From: a bacterium
GTDB lineage: Bacteria; Krumholzibacteriota; Krumholzibacteriia; G020349025
NCBI GenBank assembly: GCA_031362565.1
Contig: JANLSU010000065.1
Coordinates: 1 to 60,734 of the forward strand
DNA length: 60,734 nt
Direction of reading: 5' to 3'
The position numbers were made by a program, and so were the translations under genes. The notes beneath the pieces are model-generated. The model made no database searches. It was not told where the DNA came from and saw only the letters and a list, made by a program, of their open reading frames with translations. Positions 59,270-60,734 of this stretch are shown here, piece after piece (position 1 is the stretch's first letter; each line of letters begins with the position of its first letter).

Positions 59270-60589
59270 ATGCAGCGCGTTACCTTTGTCTTCCCGACAG
59301 CTTGGGATTTGCGTCAACTCACCGCCTGCGAGTCGCGGTGGCGTGATCGATTCGTGGTCGCATTCACCTCGCCGTCCGACGAGGAGTGCCTCGCGACCTT
59401 CGACGTCCTCGACTTCGTCGAAGCCATGGCGCGTGACACGACACGGCAGATTCACGGAGTCACGAGTTCGAGCGACTATCCGGGAGCCGTCATCGCAGCC
59501 GCGATCGCGCGGGCGCGCGGACTCGCCGGTGCGCCACCCGAAGCCGTGCTGCGTTGCGCCAACAAATACATGGCGCGCGTGGCGCTTGCCCGCGCCGTGC
59601 CCGAAGCCGTGCCGGCGTTCGCGCTCGTCACGCCTGGACCCGGCGAGGACCCGGCGAGATTGTTCCATCCGCACGCGCATGCCGCACTGCCGTTGCCGGC
59701 GTACCCGCTGTTCGTCAAGCCGGTGAAGGGCGCCTTTTCGGTTTTTTCCGGACGTGTCGAAAATGCCACGGAGCTCGCGGCGTTCGTTCAGCGTCCGGCG
59801 ATCGAATCGTACACCCACGACTACTTACGGATTTTCCACTGCATGCAAGAGCGCTGGGCGCCCGAGTCTCCCAGTGCGTGCTCCTTCCTAGCCGAGGAAG
59901 TTCTGCAAGGCATCCAAACGACCGTCGAGGGCTACGTCGCCGGCGGCCAAGTCGAGCTCCTGGGGATTGTCGACTCGGTGTTGCACCCGGGTACGCGCTG
60001 CTTCGCCCGTTTCGAGTATCCGTCGTCGTTGCCGGCCGGCGTGCAAACCCGCATGGCGGATCTGGCTCAGCGTGCCATTCCCGCGCTCGGCCTCGAGTCG
60101 ACGCTCTTCAACATCGAAATGACTTGGGATCCGGCGACCGACCGGCTCGGAATCATCGAAGTGAATCCGCGCATGTGCGGTCAATTCGCCGACCTCTACG
60201 AAAAAGTCGATGGCACGAACGGCTACGAAGTCGCCCTGGCACTCGCAGTAGGCGAGCGCCCCGTCCTCAACCACCGCGCCGGCTCGCACCGCGTCGCCGC
60301 CAGCGTACCGCTCCGCGTCTTCACGCCGACCCATGTCGTACGCACTCCCAATTCCGCAGATCGCGCCGCCGCCGAGCATCTCTTCCCCGGCACGCTCGTC
60401 TGGGTCGAGTGCGAACCCGGCCAAGACCTCGCCGACTTCGAATCCACCGAGGATGGCAGCAGCGCCCGCTACGCCATTCTCAACGTCGGCGCCACCTCTC
60501 GCGACCAACTCACCACCCGCATCGAAGCCATCCAAGTCCGCCTAGCCTTCCAGTTCACCCCCGCCGAAAAGCTCCAGTCTTCACACTAG
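59270..60589 (+). CDS. ATP-grasp domain protein
   Basis: CANKY, YPLFVKPVKG, LAEE, FNIE, IIEVNPR. Confidence 0.88.
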   Translation: MQRVTFVFPTAWDLRQLTACESRWRDRFVVAFTSPSDEECLATFDVLDFVEAMARDTTRQIHGVTSSSDYPGAVIAAAIARARGLAGAPPEAVLRCANKYMARVALARAVPEAVPAFALVTPGPGEDPARLFHPHAHAALPLPAYPLFVKPVKGAFSVFSGRVENATELAAFVQRPAIESYTHDYLRIFHCMQERWAPESPSACSFLAEEVLQGIQTTVEGYVAGGQVELLGIVDSVLHPGTRCFARFEYPSSLPAGVQTRMADLAQRAIPALGLESTLFNIEMTWDPATDRLGIIEVNPRMCGQFADLYEKVDGTNGYEVALALAVGERPVLNHRAGSHRVAASVPLRVFTPTHVVRTPNSADRAAAEHLFPGTLVWVECEPGQDLADFESTEDGSSARYAILNVGATSRDQLTTRIEAIQVRLAFQFTPAEKLQSSH

Positions 60590-60734
60590 CCGTGACTGGT
60601 TCCGCTTCCGAGTCGGAGCACGTCTTCGGAGGTGTGGGGCCCCCGCCCCCGGGTTTAAGGGCGCGCCCCGCTCAAAATTGGCGCGAAGCGCGCGGCGCCG
60701 CCCGGGGTGTGGGTGTGGGGGGGGGGGCCACCCC

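Noticed and set aside
60610..60734. G/C homopolymer runs and potential G-quadruplex at the window end
   Set aside because: Low-complexity sequence at the edge, likely a contig-end artefact; cannot be supported as functional.

Overview
A 60.7 kb piece of high-GC, gene-dense bacterial chromosome. Secreted proteins ending in FlgD-Ig/Por-like tails or a short 'W-x-x-(V/L)-(K/R)-A-L-Y-R' tail suggest an FCB-related candidate lineage such as Krumholzibacteria, Latescibacteria or Eisenbacteria (inference). The left ~5.7 kb is accessory. It holds the right end of an IS66-family element (1-140) inserted in a gene absent from the ORF track (847->141, minus) that resembles a GASH all-helical protein. 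Upstream lies a calcineurin-like phosphoesterase with a GAAD-like tail, together suggesting an interrupted double-GTPase conflict/defence operon. A membrane protein + DEDDh exonuclease cassette follows. The rest is core and envelope genes: dusB-larB-larC, glyQS, lpoB-like/COG3014-like lipoproteins, an S41 protease, a CDP-alcohol phosphatidyltransferase, a histidine kinase, a HEAT/HD-GYP pair, split NAD synthetase (nitrilase + nadE), M28 peptidase, ltaE, hup, pabB/pabC-like genes, two large TPR proteins, msrB, a circularly permuted TrxR-like/NapH-like fusion, S9 and CocE hydrolases, a split DUF5686-like barrel pair and an ATP-grasp enzyme. Non-coding signals include five good sigma54-type promoters and a ~125-nt three-way-junction structured element at 9587-9711. 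I saw no rRNA, tRNA or CRISPR array. All family calls come from motif recognition by eye, not database searches.
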